Below are positions 13,513 through 26,642 of a stretch of 64,000 nt of DNA, one piece after another. The notes beneath the pieces were generated by a model. The model ran no database searches. It was not told the DNA's origin and saw nothing but the letters and a program-made list of their open reading frames with translations. This DNA comes from Podarcis filfolensis (taxonomy: Eukaryota). The position numbers and the translations under genes are program-made. Position 1 is the first letter of the stretch. Each line of letters opens with the position of its first letter. The stretch is from assembly GCA_964270895.1 (NCBI GenBank), contig OZ185446.1; one strand, written 5' to 3'.

Positions 13513-13645
13513 CAGACTTTCTCAACCTGGGTCCCCAGATGTTGAACTACAACTCCCATCACCCCTAGCTAGCAAGGCCAGATCTCAGGGATGATGGCAG
13601 TTGTAGTCCAACAACATCTGGGGACCCACAGGTTGAGAACCGCTG
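13513..13645. mobile_element. hAT-type palindromic MITE (gatgatgggagttgtagtcc family)
   Basis: Termini cagactttctcaacctg / caggttgagaaccgctg; 8-bp TSD atatagtc/gtatagtc. Related fragments at about 13655-13720, 13890-14000, 24375-24485, 62860-62914. Confidence 0.88.
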
Positions 13646-14730
13646 GTATAGTCACTCATCAGGGATGATGAGAGTTGGAGTCCAGCAACATCCAGAGGAC
13701 CACATGTCTTCCCTGCCCCTTAGGGGCTTAGATATCTCCTGGTTCATAATGAATCCCTATATTTGTAATCTTGAACTTTTCACATCTGAAAGTGGAGAGG
13801 AGAACAGGCGGTTTTCTCCACTACTTCCCTAAAGAATTAGGTACGGTAAGTATAAAAGAAACATAGTCAGAGATGTGGTCCTCACCAGAAGATAGGGATG
13901 GGGAATCTGTGGCTTCCTCAAAGTCATTGGACTCCAACTCCCATCTTCCTTGATCATTGGTCAGGCTGTGTGGGGCTAATGGAAGTTGCACCCCAGCCCT
14001 TTAGGAAGGGCTGTCGGTTCCCTACCCCAGCCCTAGGTTTCTACTCTTATCCTCTCACTTTCTTTGAATATCTCTAGCCTCCTGCTCCTGAGAACAGGCA
14101 GAAAAGTTTTATAGAGTCAAGTGGGTCACACCCAGGGAACTTACTATGGAACACTCATTTTGGCTGTTGCAGCATCCTTCCTTTCCAGCTCTGGCTCAGC
14201 TGTGTCGCTATTGTTGGCCTCTTGAGTGTCAGCAAATCTCGCCTGTTGTTGTCGGCTCCTTGAGCATCAACAACTCTTGTCAGAAGTTGCAGAGTTGGCA
14301 GAAGTCCCTCCTTCGCACCTGGCAGCAAGAGAGAGGAAGCCACTGTCACTTCTTGCAAGGAAAGAGCAATCAAGCTCTTTGGATTCAATTTCTGACTCTA
14401 TACATCAGAATGATAGGATGTGTGTAATATGTATATATACCGTATTAACCTGCAAATATTAATTGTGAAAAACCAGTGAAGAGTGTAATAAGGCCCTTTG
14501 TGTGATGGGGTGGCACCGGATGGCCATTGCCCAATAGCATGTCTCATCATGTCTCCTTGTTTTAGCTACACACTGAAGTTTCGTGAGATAAGTGAATGGC
14601 AGGCTATGGCTGGGATCATATGTGCTTCGAGGAGGAAATAATCTTACAGGCATGCTCAGGTATCCTATGCATTTCAGCTGTTCATTTTGCCGAAGGCAGA
14701 TAAGTTATGATATCTGCCAAAACCAAGTAA

Positions 14731-14735
14731 ACACA

Positions 14736-14794
<59 letters not shown>
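14731..14794. repeat. (AC)n(AG)n microsatellite
   Basis: Directly visible. Confidence 0.95.
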
Positions 14795-14800
<6 letters not shown>

Positions 14801-16556
14801 CACTGGAATATTGTGCGTTTTAAAGAGATCATGTTCCTATAAGAACAGGCAGGACTGTGCAGCAAATCTTGTCTTAATTCATATCCAAAAATAAATTTTA
14901 CAAATACGGCTACATGACTTCTGCTCAAAATTGGACAGCTGCCATATCCAAAAGGCACATTTGTTATTCTTGTTTTTGCAATGATGGCGAACATAGCAAA
15001 CATTGTGAAATAATTCTCACATGTGCAGCCTGACCTTAATCATGTTTATTCAGAAATAATTCCACCTGTATTCAGTGGCCTAGATGACTGAGTAAGTGTG
15101 CATTGGATTTCAGCTATTATTTGTGTATTTATTTATTAAATTTGTATACTGCCTTTCAGCCAAAGATCACATAGCAGTTTACAACACAAAAATACAAAAT
15201 GAGAACTGGCTATAGGGCCAATTCCCATCTATTTTTACTCAGGAGTCGGTCCAAATTATTTCAGTGGCTCTTACATATAACGTAAGTTTAGGACTACAGT
15301 CTTAACCTATGCAGCAAAAATACCCTCCATATAATGGTGTAGATATCAATTGCTGCAAACTCCTGATAGATAGAGTTGTATCTCTAAATAGAACTCTGTA
15401 ACATCCTCTGCATATTTACTTGGAAACAGATCCCACCATATTCACTGGGCTTTTCTTCCTTGTACGTTCAAGAATTGTAGCCTAAATTCTTTCATTCTAC
15501 CTGAAACTTTTCATGTCTCCATGGATGTTCTGTATTGATATTCCATATTCAAGTCTACATATTATTGCCATTGGGTGAAAGCTTAGGGAAGGTTGTAGAG
15601 AAGCTCTATAGGGCTGCACACTAGAATAAGTGACCATCCATTGGCAGAATATATTCTCTTCCAGGCTAAGGATGAGGTTGGATTATCACATCAAACGCTC
15701 TTATATGAAAGGTAGGCTGAAAATTAATCACCCAGTGAAGTTAAGTTATTAATCTAATGAGGTTTATTGCCACACGGACCAGATTGCGATACCAGTGGAG
15801 GTTCCATCTAGTCCAGACTTTTTGATCTAGGGACTACATGGTGATTATGGATTGAGGGTGTGGTGGTGATATTAGTTTCAGCCCTGGGGTCCTGTTTTTT
15901 TTTTTTAAAAAGCTATATTTTAGCAAGTCAAAGAGCCTCAAGCCATTTGCCTCCAGTTCTGCTCTCTCACCTTTTCTCACACTCTTCCTACTGTCTTGTG
16001 TTCAGCCTGCCTTTTATCATTAGTGTCTGTCAATTCAAGAACAAACAGAGACTGCAGAAGCCTGAATTCTCCAAGGGTTTGCCCTGATGCTTGTTGCAAT
16101 TGCTGTTAAATGAGAGCTGGAGGAATAGATCTTCTCCTGATGGAGCCCTTCAGTAACCTGGGCCTCTGAAAATCCCTGAAAATGGAAAGCTGGTGTACTA
16201 GAGGCAAAGTAATCTGCATAAGGTGGAACGAGGCAGCCACTGCCGGGGATGGTTATTGGCAGTGGAGGCTAGTTTGTTAGGGCAAATGAAGTGCTGTCCT
16301 ACCAACTTCAGTTGGCCCCCAATTGCCTGCCGTGTTACTTGCCAGCAGTCCAGGAGGTGGCCCTGGCTTTCGGCTTCCTCCTCCTCAGTCTCAGGGCTGT
16401 CATTATTGAGCTCAATAGGGAGGAACTAGAATTAGTTGCTTCTGATACCATTTAACCCTGGCCTTTTTGCTTTCTGCCCCAATGGGCAGCAGCCACTTAC
16501 TGGATCAGGGCAGCAGTCCAATACAATTCTCAGTAGCTTACAGTAAGTATTTAAAA

Positions 16557-16793
16557 TAGGTTTGCCATACATCTAGAATTTCCTGGACATGTTGGAGTAC
16601 TGCAGCCAATAGCAGTGTCTCAGCGAAAATCAGCTAAATGTCTGGGAAAATCCGGACATATGGCAACCCATGTTGGCAGTGCCGTTTTTGCTGAATTTCG
16701 TGAGAAGTAGCTCAAAAAATGTCATTTTTTTTGCGATGTGATGTCAACAACTTTTCTGCTCGGATTTTCACTTTTTGAAATATGGCAACCCTA
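16557..16793. mobile_element. hAT (Blackjack-like) MITE
   Basis: TIR taggtttgccata / tatggcaacccta; perfect 8-bp TSD atttaaaa; extra internal TIR-like tatggcaaccc near 16660. Confidence 0.9.
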
Positions 16794-16799
16794 ATTTAA

Positions 16800-17070
16800 A
16801 ATCATATTAATAACAAAACTAGAAAGCGGTAGACAATGACCAAAACAAACCCACAGCTGCATACAAAACCATCTTTACTTAGAAGTTTTAAAGGCCTGGG
16901 CAAATAAAAAGTCTTTCACGTGACACCAAAAAAAGAAGCCAAGACCACCATTGAAGAGGACTTCTTTCCACTAACTGGTTGCCTCATCTTGAGAAGGCCC
17001 TCTGAAGAACATCTTAATACACTGGTAGCTCATGTGGGAGTAGATGATATTTAAGTTTCCCAGGTATGTG
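16800..17070 (-). mobile_element. Old L2 LINE 3' fragment
   Basis: aaggcctgggcaaataaaaa...gagaaggccctct resembles the reverse complement of an L2 ORF2 end and tail; degenerate. Confidence 0.55.
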
Positions 17071-17359
17071 ATATTGAAGAAGTCTGGCAATTTTGTAGCT
17101 AGCTTCTGGGACTTCAGTTCTATCCTCACAGTATTACACTAACAGGTTCTTGGTAAAAACTGTGGATCAATGATGCCTCTACTGTCAAGATCTCTAACAA
17201 CTCCCAGACATTTCTGCTATGGTAATATACTCTGAGTTCCTCCACATCTGGAGTGCTGGAGGGTCACTCTTTAGGCTCCTTCTGCCTTAGGTGAAAAAAG
17301 ATGGAAAATGTCTCAGTCGTTCTTTCTACACTAATAACATTCCTCTGTTTGGTTTACAG

Positions 17360-17706
17360 TAAATACTCAAGAGTGCGGACAGATTGACAGCTACTGTACT
17401 GCACGAGCCGCCCAAAGGTAGACTCTGTTAATACAGAAGTTAGACAGTATGACAGATAGATGGGAGATAAGCAGGAGGGTATTATCCCAAGGTAAAGATA
17501 TTTCAACATGCTGCTGCTGACTCCCATATGTTTTCTGGGAGGAAAAAGTTCCACGGAGAGCCTCTGCTTTCCAAACTTTTATGTTAAGTTCTGTCACTTT
17601 ATCAAAGAGAGAAGAAAAGAAACGATCCGTCTTTGTAGTCTGAGTAAATGCCAAATTAGAAATGTGGACGAAAGATTAAAGCCTCGCAAAAAATATGACA
17701 TACCTG
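17360..17706 (+). other. Candidate exon (non-coding or 5' UTR plus short ORF)
   Basis: Acceptor ctgtttggtttacag, donor CTG|gtaagt; ATG at 17508 opens a 66-codon frame to the donor; no recognised homology. Confidence 0.25.
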
Positions 17707-18629
17707 GTAAGTTTTGTAATATATGAGAACCTAATTATGAGCTAACTCCCCAAGCGATCAGGTTGATTGCGAAGGTAGATGGTGAGGAGTGAAGTTTGGA
17801 ATTTTGCATGATGTAAAAAGGTCTAGTACCTGTCTTGACCTCTGAAATTTTGTGAGCACCTGGAGAATAGTATTTTGGTTTTTACACCCACTAGCAGAAC
17901 TCGCTCCTGCCCATGGGAACTCTTTTAACTCTTTCTCATGAATAGCTGCATGATGGTTGTTTTTAAAAAAATTCTTATTCTATCATATTTGTGGTCTAGT
18001 TTCCCCCCCTCTCAGTTCAGATGCCACAAACAAGAGAACTCTACTTAAAAAATAGAATAAATATTTGAAATGCACACAAATGTAATACTTTCAAAACAAA
18101 TTGGATAGAAATACATGCAGAATCTTTGGTTGTTCATTTGAAGAATTTATATCTCGTCTTTGAATAAAATAAGGTGGCTTTCGAAAAAGAGCAGAATAAA
18201 ACGAGCACCATAAAAGACAATTTATATTAACTAAGGGAGGAATTCAATGGAACGCTAAGCAGATCACTCTGTCAATGCAAGCATTTTCTCCCTGTGCACG
18301 ATTCTGAGAGTTCTCCAGAACCCACAGAGCCATAGAGGTAAGAGAAAGGAAGAAAGCCTCCTTGCATTAATGGAAGTCCTTGCATGGGTTTTCATTGCTT
18401 AGGACTATTTAGTTGAACTGAGTCCTCTATAAGGAATTTTTCTGCCTTATGAAATGCCCTGAGAGGCAGATCTACACCATACATTTAAAGCACATGACTT
18501 CCCCCAAAGAATTCTGGGAGCTGTAGTTTATCTCCACAGCTACAATTCCCAGAACCCTTGAGCTTCTAGGATTCTTTGGGCGAAGCCAGTGGCCTTAAAT
18601 GTGTGGTGTGCAACCACACCTGCCAGGGT

Positions 18630-19020
18630 GCTCAGTGCGCAGAAATGGAAGGAAGATTCCGTCCCAACCAAGAAAGAATGGCAGGCAAAACTAATGGAAT
18701 ACACAGAAATGGCAAAGCTTACAGGAAGAATGAGAAATCAAGAAGGAAGTGTCTTTATTAAATAATGGGGAAGCTATGTAGAATATCTGAAGAATCATTG
18801 TAAACAACTAAACACATTAGCAGGACTAATTTAAAATCAAGCAGTTAAAAGGGGATCTAGTGGAAAATTAGAAATAACTTTTTAAAAAGAGGTTTAGGAG
18901 GAGGTGCAATTTAATTAAATAAATTCATTTTGAAACCAGAGAAGGAGAGGAGGGAAGTCAAAAAGAGGGATATAAATATAAAGGATGACTATTGTTAAAT
19001 TGAAAACTGAAAATAAATAA
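18630..19020 (+). mobile_element. L1 LINE 3' fragment (ORF2 C-terminus plus 3' UTR)
   Basis: Translates QKWKEDSVPTKKEWQAKLMEYTEMAKLTGRMRNQEGSVFIK*WGSYVEYLKNHC, typical squamate L1 ORF2 end; A-rich 3' UTR. Confidence 0.85.
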
Positions 19021-20084
19021 TGAAAAGAAAAGGTGTGAGCAGATAAAACTCCCCCCACACTCCCCAAACAACTGCCAGCTATCTGAATTTGATATAATGT
19101 TGTGCTTTCATGTCCTTTTCAAAGATGATTATTGCTGTCTTCGTTTGAGTGTGGCTTTTCTCTCAAAAGGCAAGCACTACATTAAAATAAAATAATTTTT
19201 GCTTTCTACCAGACTGCACTTGAAAGGTAAATTTTGGAAATAATCTTGACTTCTGAAATGATTTTTCTTTTTTTCCATTATTTATCTTTGCAATTTTATA
19301 GACAAAGTCATTTGTTTCCATAGACCAGGAAACACAAGTGCTGTTACAGCATCGCTTGTGCCTGAAGGTAACCCATCATTTTTCCCCATCTCCCATTCTT
19401 GCTCATAATAACGTGGTCATGTGACATTTTGTACCCTTCCCTACTGTTTATGTCTAGGGGAGTGATTTGATTAAATGACGTTACATACTTTGCCTAGTCT
19501 GCTGATTTGGGGCAGCCACGACCCTTAGTTTAGAAGATGGTTAGATTGTTTTGTCAATCAGCTAAAAGTAGAGATCAGGAACGCCTACCTTTACCCCTAT
19601 AATTAACTGTGTTTAAACAGCTGAGTTTACAAATGTGCTCTTTCAATGCCTTTTCTTTTGTTGGTTGATCTAGCCTCCAGATTCTCTGTCATTGTGTGCA
19701 GCTGGGATTCTGACATTTCATTGTCCTAACAGTGGAATGTTGTGCTATATTTGACAAATATTCACCTGGCCCATTAAAAAGTGAAGGAAAGTAGTTAAGC
19801 AAATCTGTGCGATGAAGTACAGCCGTCTTGCAGCTGTGGATTAGGAAGAGGGTGGTATCGACCCAAATAAAATGCCAGGTTTTGTGCTGGAAAACAACAA
19901 CAACAAATCCTTGTCCACTTCTTAAGAACTTAGATAATGGAATATAATGTACTATGTTCCTTCCCAACATTAAATAAAATGGTTATTCCATGATTATTTT
20001 TTATATGAAACTCAAATATATGAGCCCTCCAGATGCCCTTTTTATTGCACTTTCATGATATTTTCTGCCCTTGATGATGATGTA

Positions 20085-20255
20085 ATAATATTTGTGCCCT
20101 GCCCATCTGACTGGGTTGCCCAAGTCACTCTGAGTGGCTCCCAACAAAATATTAAAAAACACAGTAAAAAAACCCGAAACCATGAAAAACGTCTCTATAC
20201 AAGGCTGCCTTCTAAAAGTCTTCTAAAAGTCGTATAGTTGTTTATCACTTTGCAC
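20085..20255 (-). mobile_element. L2 LINE 3' tail fragment
   Basis: cccatctgactgggttgccc...ggctgccttct...aaaagtc similar to copies at 28458 and 51138. Confidence 0.8.
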
Positions 20256-22217
20256 CAGTGCATATCCCATAACTTCCTACCTGAATCATTTAACTTTTTA
20301 TACCAAAAATATTCTGGTTTAATTTTGTTCCACTTCTGTTGCTCTGAAGCCCGTTTCAACAGCAGTCATGTTGTAGCACTGAGGAAGCATCACGGAAGAA
20401 ACCAAAGAAGAATAAATCCACCACCAGCTCACTATTACCTTGTTAAGAACATGCTGCAGAATCCACCTGCTATAAAACACCAGTTCCTGAAGTTCCACCA
20501 ACTCAGATGCTAGAAGATGGCAGATTGCTTCATCTTAGGTTAAGATGTTCCATCTCAGGTTGATGTTCTAACTTGTGAGATGTCAGTCATAGACAATGTA
20601 GACCAAGCAAGGTCAGCCTTGAGCCTCTTTAACTCTCAGAGTCTACTTTTCCCTTTTGTATGAGGGTTATAAAACAAAGTGATTTTAAAAGCAGTCGAAT
20701 TTGCTGTTGATGCCCACCCAGCTTCTGAAATACACATGGGACTACAGCTAGCATTGCATATTGCATGGCTGAGTTCAAGATGAAATAAGACTGTTCCTTC
20801 CAGAATACCTGGATTTTTTATTTTTATTTTTAGTTTCTAAAGAATGTTTCATTCCGTTCTGGGTTAGCACTAAAAAACATGAAGATCAAAGTGTGAGAAG
20901 TTGCAACACAGATGCTCCCCAACAGCTGAAACACGCACCCTAAATGATTTCAAGGAGTGAAATGCATTCTGTATATCTGGAACTTTTTTAAGAAGTCAAG
21001 GCAGATAAAAGACCATATCTTCTATTAGGCTAGTCAAACATTTTCAAGCCCTGGAAGGGTCTTCATCAGGCAGGAATACCATAAAATGAACATCTAGGTG
21101 AATATGCAAATGCAGAAACTTTTTATTTTTTTTGCGCTGTTACTGGTTTTGTCCAAGAAATAATTGTATATTTGTTTTAACTTTAACACCACTCTTCAGG
21201 AGTGATGGGGGCAGATTTGGAATTGGGGGCATTCAAAATATGTACACTCTGGCTTAAAACTGTGCACCAAGTGCTCGCTTTACCTCCTTTCCTCTGCCCA
21301 AGCAAATAAAAGCTGTGAAAAGAGAAAGCAATAATTGGTGGCAGAATGGCTTCCTAAAGACTTAGAAATGCTTTGCCAGACTCTTTTATTAAATGGGAAA
21401 CATGAACATTCTCAGGAATTTCATTTCGTTGCAGGTGTCATTGTAGTTTCCTCAGTTTCCTAAATTTAATTTAAAGGCAGAATCTCATGGTCCATGGCTG
21501 TAGTTTTCTATTGGGAAGCACAGGGATTGTAGTATTTTGCCTCTCTTTTTCCTTTTCAGAAAAGCTGTAAACATGAGTGGATTTCAAGGCAAATCACACC
21601 TTTTCAGTTATTAGAACAACTCTTGGAGGTTGGCTGGATAAGTCGTAGTAGGGCTATAATTTTTTGTTTGTTTAGGGACAGCAGATTCATATATGCTGCA
21701 TAAGCAAGCAGCATGCCATAATGGAAAAGGAGTTTTGCCTGTTGCAAAGCTGTTGCAGACACAAACATAGAACCCCGATTTCCTATCCAGAGCAATTCCA
21801 GAAAGCATGTTGCTGAGAAATTTGATCATGGTTCATTTACGTCTAAACCCAACACTCAATTTTTCGATGTTCCACAGATTAAAAGAGAGAAAGAGGGGGG
21901 ACTTGCCCCCCCAAAGGCAGGCATGAACACCTCGCACGTCAGGGTTTCCCCCACAGCTTTTTCCAATGAACCTCCAAATTACATTTTAAATTACCTTTAA
22001 TTTAGAGCAGTTTCACCCAAGAACTGCTGATGCAGAAACTTCCTGTAAAACAGTGGTTCCTGGAAGCAGTTCTTTTAGTCTTACTCCCCCCTTTAAACCT
22101 TGTGTACTTAGGGAGGGCAGGCAAAAAGGAAAGGATTACACCAGAGCTTCCAAAACTTATTGGCCTACCGCCCCCTTTTCAGAATTATTATTTTTTAACT
22201 CATCACCCCCATCACAC

Positions 22218-22666
22218 CAGGGATGGAGGAGAAAATAGATTCATTATGCATTTCAATCCAAATCTATCAAATCCACACTTTCCGACACAATATGGAAACC
22301 GCAAGAACAGCTATCCTTTGAAATTTGCCCTTATCCAAAATATCTGATGCAGCTCTCCAACTAAACAAGGTTTACAAAAATCCATACGGAATGGGAAAGT
22401 GTGCAGAAAAATGATGTTAGTAGTGAAAACAGCATGCATTAGGGGAAATTGCCTGCAAAAATGTGTACATTTGTGAAAACTGCATGTAAAACTGTTTATT
22501 ATGAGAAATCCACACTAAAATAATTACGAATTTTCATGAGGTTTTTTGGGGGGCGGTGGGGGGGGGGTAAGAACTCGCACATTGCTGCAAAGCATGGAGA
22601 ACTGAATTTAAGATTGGAGAAATGAGAAGCTGGGCAATCTGAAATTGTTACATCTCTCCATCCCTA
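22218..22666. mobile_element. About 430-450 bp non-autonomous DNA transposon (tagggatgg termini, hAT-like)
   Basis: Termini cagggatggag / ctccatcccta; homologous inverted copy at 27448-27869; no clear TSD. Confidence 0.65.
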
Positions 22667-24219
22667 CACTGACACTGATGCTGCTAAGGCTGACTTGGAT
22701 GGAGATGGTTGAGGCTGTAGGCTCATGGGCGGAGCCAATCAGTCACCCCTGGTTGCCATCCAGTCCAGGTAAGCTGTAGTGATGCTGCTGTTGGGAAGAG
22801 ACTCTGACCCTCCACATCTGCTGCTAATGTCTTAACACCTCACTGCCACTGCCTCCTGCATCTGTGGCCTGAGGTGGCTGCCTCACTCTGCCTAATGGTA
22901 GAACTGGCCCGGACATGGTGTAGACCTCAGAAGGCGCTCAACAGTGCCAGCCCACTGACACCAGCCCTGAACCTAGCAAACCCATTTTGTGCAATATTCA
23001 CCCACCATTCCTACTGATTGCAGCCAGACTTTTTGCCTTTTATCTGTGACACTCTTATGATAAGGAGTGATTAATATTTATATTAGAAATCCGATAGTAT
23101 ATTAGAAATACGTGTTTTCCATAAGCATATCTCTGAGACCAAAATGTTTGGTGAAGACATTGCAAGAGCTTGTACTGCACATATTCACTATCATTTACAG
23201 CTCAGCTGCTATTGATTTAGGATAATGCAAGTCTCTGAGTTACACGGAAGCCTTCATCAGCCAGAATGGACAAATATCTAATTTCCCTCTATGGAAGAGC
23301 AAGTGATGCACTGATACTATGTTAGGTAATTTGAATATTTCTATCACCGCGAATCAATAGTTGTCGCTCCAGGAATTCCTTTACCTATCTCTTTTTAGAA
23401 TCAGACCACGGATGTCTATTCCAAATGTTGTCTTTTTTTAAAAAAATAAGCAAATATGTATGCAGACGCTGTCTCATATTTACAGCTGGGACTTGAGAAT
23501 TAGATCTTTTCTCCCTGCAAGGCATAGATAGACACAACTGCTGAGAGTGGCGTACTGTGGCTGATGAACCCTCAGCAAGAAATACGCTGCAAATCCCATC
23601 ACTGTGTCATGGCTTGAGTTATTGATGCCGATGGGAGAGACTTGCAATCCCAACCCCTGCTGCTCCTTTAGAAACCCAGCGGATTGTTAACACGGCTCGG
23701 AAGAGTTCGTGAACTCTTCTCTGTAGGTATGCAAAGTATCTGGAACATTGATATGGAAGTGGGGGGACTCTCTCTGCTTTTGTTCCTATTCATGTTCCTT
23801 CAAATAATATCTTAATGATTAAAGGACCCATTGTTTTCACTTACACCCTTTGACTCGAGATGGATTTCCTTAAAACCTAACTAAGGAGCAGCCATGGATT
23901 TTGTAGAGAAATCACGAAGTTGGCAACTTGGTATTTACTATGTTTTAAAAGGCTGTTCTTCTGAGGTGCTTTTTGACCTATCATTAGAATCGCAAATTTT
24001 CCAGGACAGAAGAGGATGCGGCAGAGATGGCAGCATGGGTGACTTTTCAACACAAGTCCGCTGAGACATTTCCCCCCCTCCTCCTTTTGATCTTCTTGCA
24101 GAGGAAGGATCTGCAATAGCACCTTATAGCCCTTTCTCCTTCCTACTGAACAGCTGATGGTGGAGAGGAGGCCCAGATGAACACTGGCTGTCATATGATG
24201 TGTGTGTGTGTGTGTGCTT

Positions 24220-24357
24220 GTGTGAGTCACCATCCCTCAGTCTAACCAACCTCACAGGGTTGTTGTGAGGATAATGTGGAGAGGAGGGGGGGAACTATGT
24301 ATGCCACCTTGAATTCCTAGGCAGAAAGGTGGGATATAAATATAATAATAAATAAAT
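24220..24357 (+). mobile_element. MIR/Ther1-type SINE 3' part
   Basis: cctcacagggttgttgtgaggata CORE and ataaataaa tail. Confidence 0.7.
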
Positions 24358-24487
24358 ACTTAATGTATATAGTAGTGGTGGGAAACCAGTAGCTCTCCAG
24401 ATGTTGTTGGACCCCCAGTTCCCATCAGCCCAAACCAGCAGGTCAGGGATAATGGGAGTTGCAGTTCACAGCATCTAGAGGGCCATA

Positions 24488-24713
24488 CAGTGGTACCTTG
24501 GGTTACAGACACTTCAGGTTACAGACTCTGCTAACCCAGAAATAGTACTTCGGGTTAAGAACTTTGCTTCAGGATGAGAACAGAAATCGGGCGGCAGTGG
24601 TGTGGCGGCAGCAGGAGGCCCCATTAGCTAAAGTGGTACCTCAGGTTAAGAACAGTTTCAGGTTAAGAACAGACCTCCAGAACGAATTAAGTTCTTAACC
24701 CGAGGTACCACTG
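24488..24713 (+). mobile_element. Tc1/mariner (pogo/Tigger-like) MITE, family A
   Basis: TIR cagtggtacct / aggtaccactg, TA TSD on both sides; inserted in a hAT MITE. Confidence 0.95.
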
Positions 24714-24819
24714 TAGTTTCCTCCTCAAAATTCAGTGGACTCCACTCATTTAGTTCATCCCAAATATCGCCCCCCCCCCCTGAAAAAAAAATAAACATGT
24801 AATCTTATATTCATTTTCT

Positions 24820-25215
24820 GGACCGCTACACCTGTCTCCATATGAACCTACCGGGACTCTGAGGCCTTTCTTCATGTGTCCTCCTCCGTGAAAGTTCAGA
24901 AGGGTGGTAACACGAGAACTGGCCTTTTCTGCAGTGGCTCCCCATTTGTGGAATACTCCCTCTAGGGAGGTTCATATGCAACTTTCATTATACACCTTTT
25001 GGTGCCAAGTGAAAACATTTCTCTTCAACTAGGCATTGGGCTGATTGATATCCAATGCCCTTTTAAATGTGTTGCAGAAGGGGGATTATTGCCTTGTTTT
25101 TGTTCTTATTTTTATTATGTATTTTGTTTTTTTTATATTGTAATTTTATGTTGTGAACGGCCCTGAGATCCACAAATGTAGGGTGGTATACAAATTTTAA
25201 CAACCACCACCACAA
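24820..25215 (+). mobile_element. L2 LINE 3' fragment (second family)
   Basis: gccttttctgcagtggctccccatttgtggaat (AFSAVAPHLWN) L2 ORF2 end; homologous to 45668-46050. Confidence 0.8.
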
Positions 25216-26641
25216 CATTTATGTGAGTAAGCCTCATAACTCGAAACTAGGCTTGTTTTTGAGTAGGCATGCAAAGGATTGTGAGGAAAAGTGTCCTGTG
25301 ATGCCTTAAAAACTCACATATTTCTTATTGCACAAGCTTTTGTAGACTAGAGTCTACTTCATCTGAAGTCTCAAGGGGTTATCGTCCACTTTTCTTGAGT
25401 TGCCCTCAGCCTGAGTATATGTCATGTCTTATAAAAGGTACAGAATGTATCTATTATTGGGCTCTCTACAGTTGTTTATGTTCCTGTCCATATCTATTAT
25501 TCTTGTACAAAGTGAGTTGATGTACAGCTGAAAACAACCGTGCTCATTATTCTTTCAGGTAAGCTGTGGCTAAAATTCTAGAAGGGAAATTGCCACCAGC
25601 TATAACTGTTCCTGTCTTTGGAGCTCTGTAATAAGAAAAGCGGTACTTGGTGAAATTCTCCATTCTGTGCAACCAGTTTGCAGATTGGCCTCCTGGGGAT
25701 GAAATTAGCATTTTGAGGGATCTACAAAAAGGTGAAAGTTATAGTGAATGCACTTCTCTGTCTTTGCATTCACAAGCAGCCTGCAACAATAGACAAAAAG
25801 CCGCCACTACAACAGAATGCAGTCCTTTAGCTGTGCTGAAACCAGAATATGGCTGATAAAGTGTTTGCAATTCACAGAGTTGAGGGGGAAATTAAAGAGG
25901 AACAGAAGTGTCATTCAGGGGGAGATTGTGTTAACAGTTAGTAGTTTGTCTTGGAGAAAAATGTATATTAAATTTACAGATCATATAAAATTACCTTTGA
26001 GTTTGAGTTTCAAGAACCAGAGTTTAACAGTTGCTTAAATTACAACTCTGGGGGTTTTTTTTAGATGAGATTTTACAACTGAAAATTTAGCAGCAGTAAA
26101 ACCTTTAGAAACATAATAAAACATGGCTTTGACTCATTAAGATTAGAAATAAAGAGAGCTAAGTAGTTACTTCCTCAGTACAAATCACTGTTGCTTTTTA
26201 AAAGAGGTTTTAAAATTATTATTATTACTACAGTTAAGAATTTTATTTAGACAAAACATCAAAAAAATTGGGTTGTCAGAAATCAGACATTCTATGTCCC
26301 TCCCCACCCCCAAAAACACACCCAGTGATGAAGTTGAAGATGTGGGTTGCTTAGCCACAGCCTGTATGGTCTCATTGGGTTGAATTGTTCTTGCAAAATT
26401 ACAAAGAGTCTTGCGGCCCTTTAAAGATTATCGGCTGTATCCAACATGAGTCATAATCTTAGTAGACCTGTTTAACTTAATGGACATTGCTAAATTAAGT
26501 TCATTAACTTTACTGAGTCTACACTGAGTAAAACTTAGTTAGAAGCACCCTTATGAAATATACCAGGAATAAGTCTGTTATTTTTTAAAAAATGCAGAAA
26601 ACAGCAGACAGTGTACATAATGCCCATGTTCACACACATGC

Positions 26642-26642
26642 C

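Noticed and set aside
14250-14280. In-frame TGA between cysteines as possible selenocysteine
   Set aside because: No resemblance to any selenoprotein family I know and no SECIS identified.
20439-20509. Minus-strand 71-nt exon candidate (SELVELQELVFYSRWILQHVLNK)
   Set aside because: Overlaps the competing plus-strand candidate; joining to other minus candidates gives random-looking peptides.
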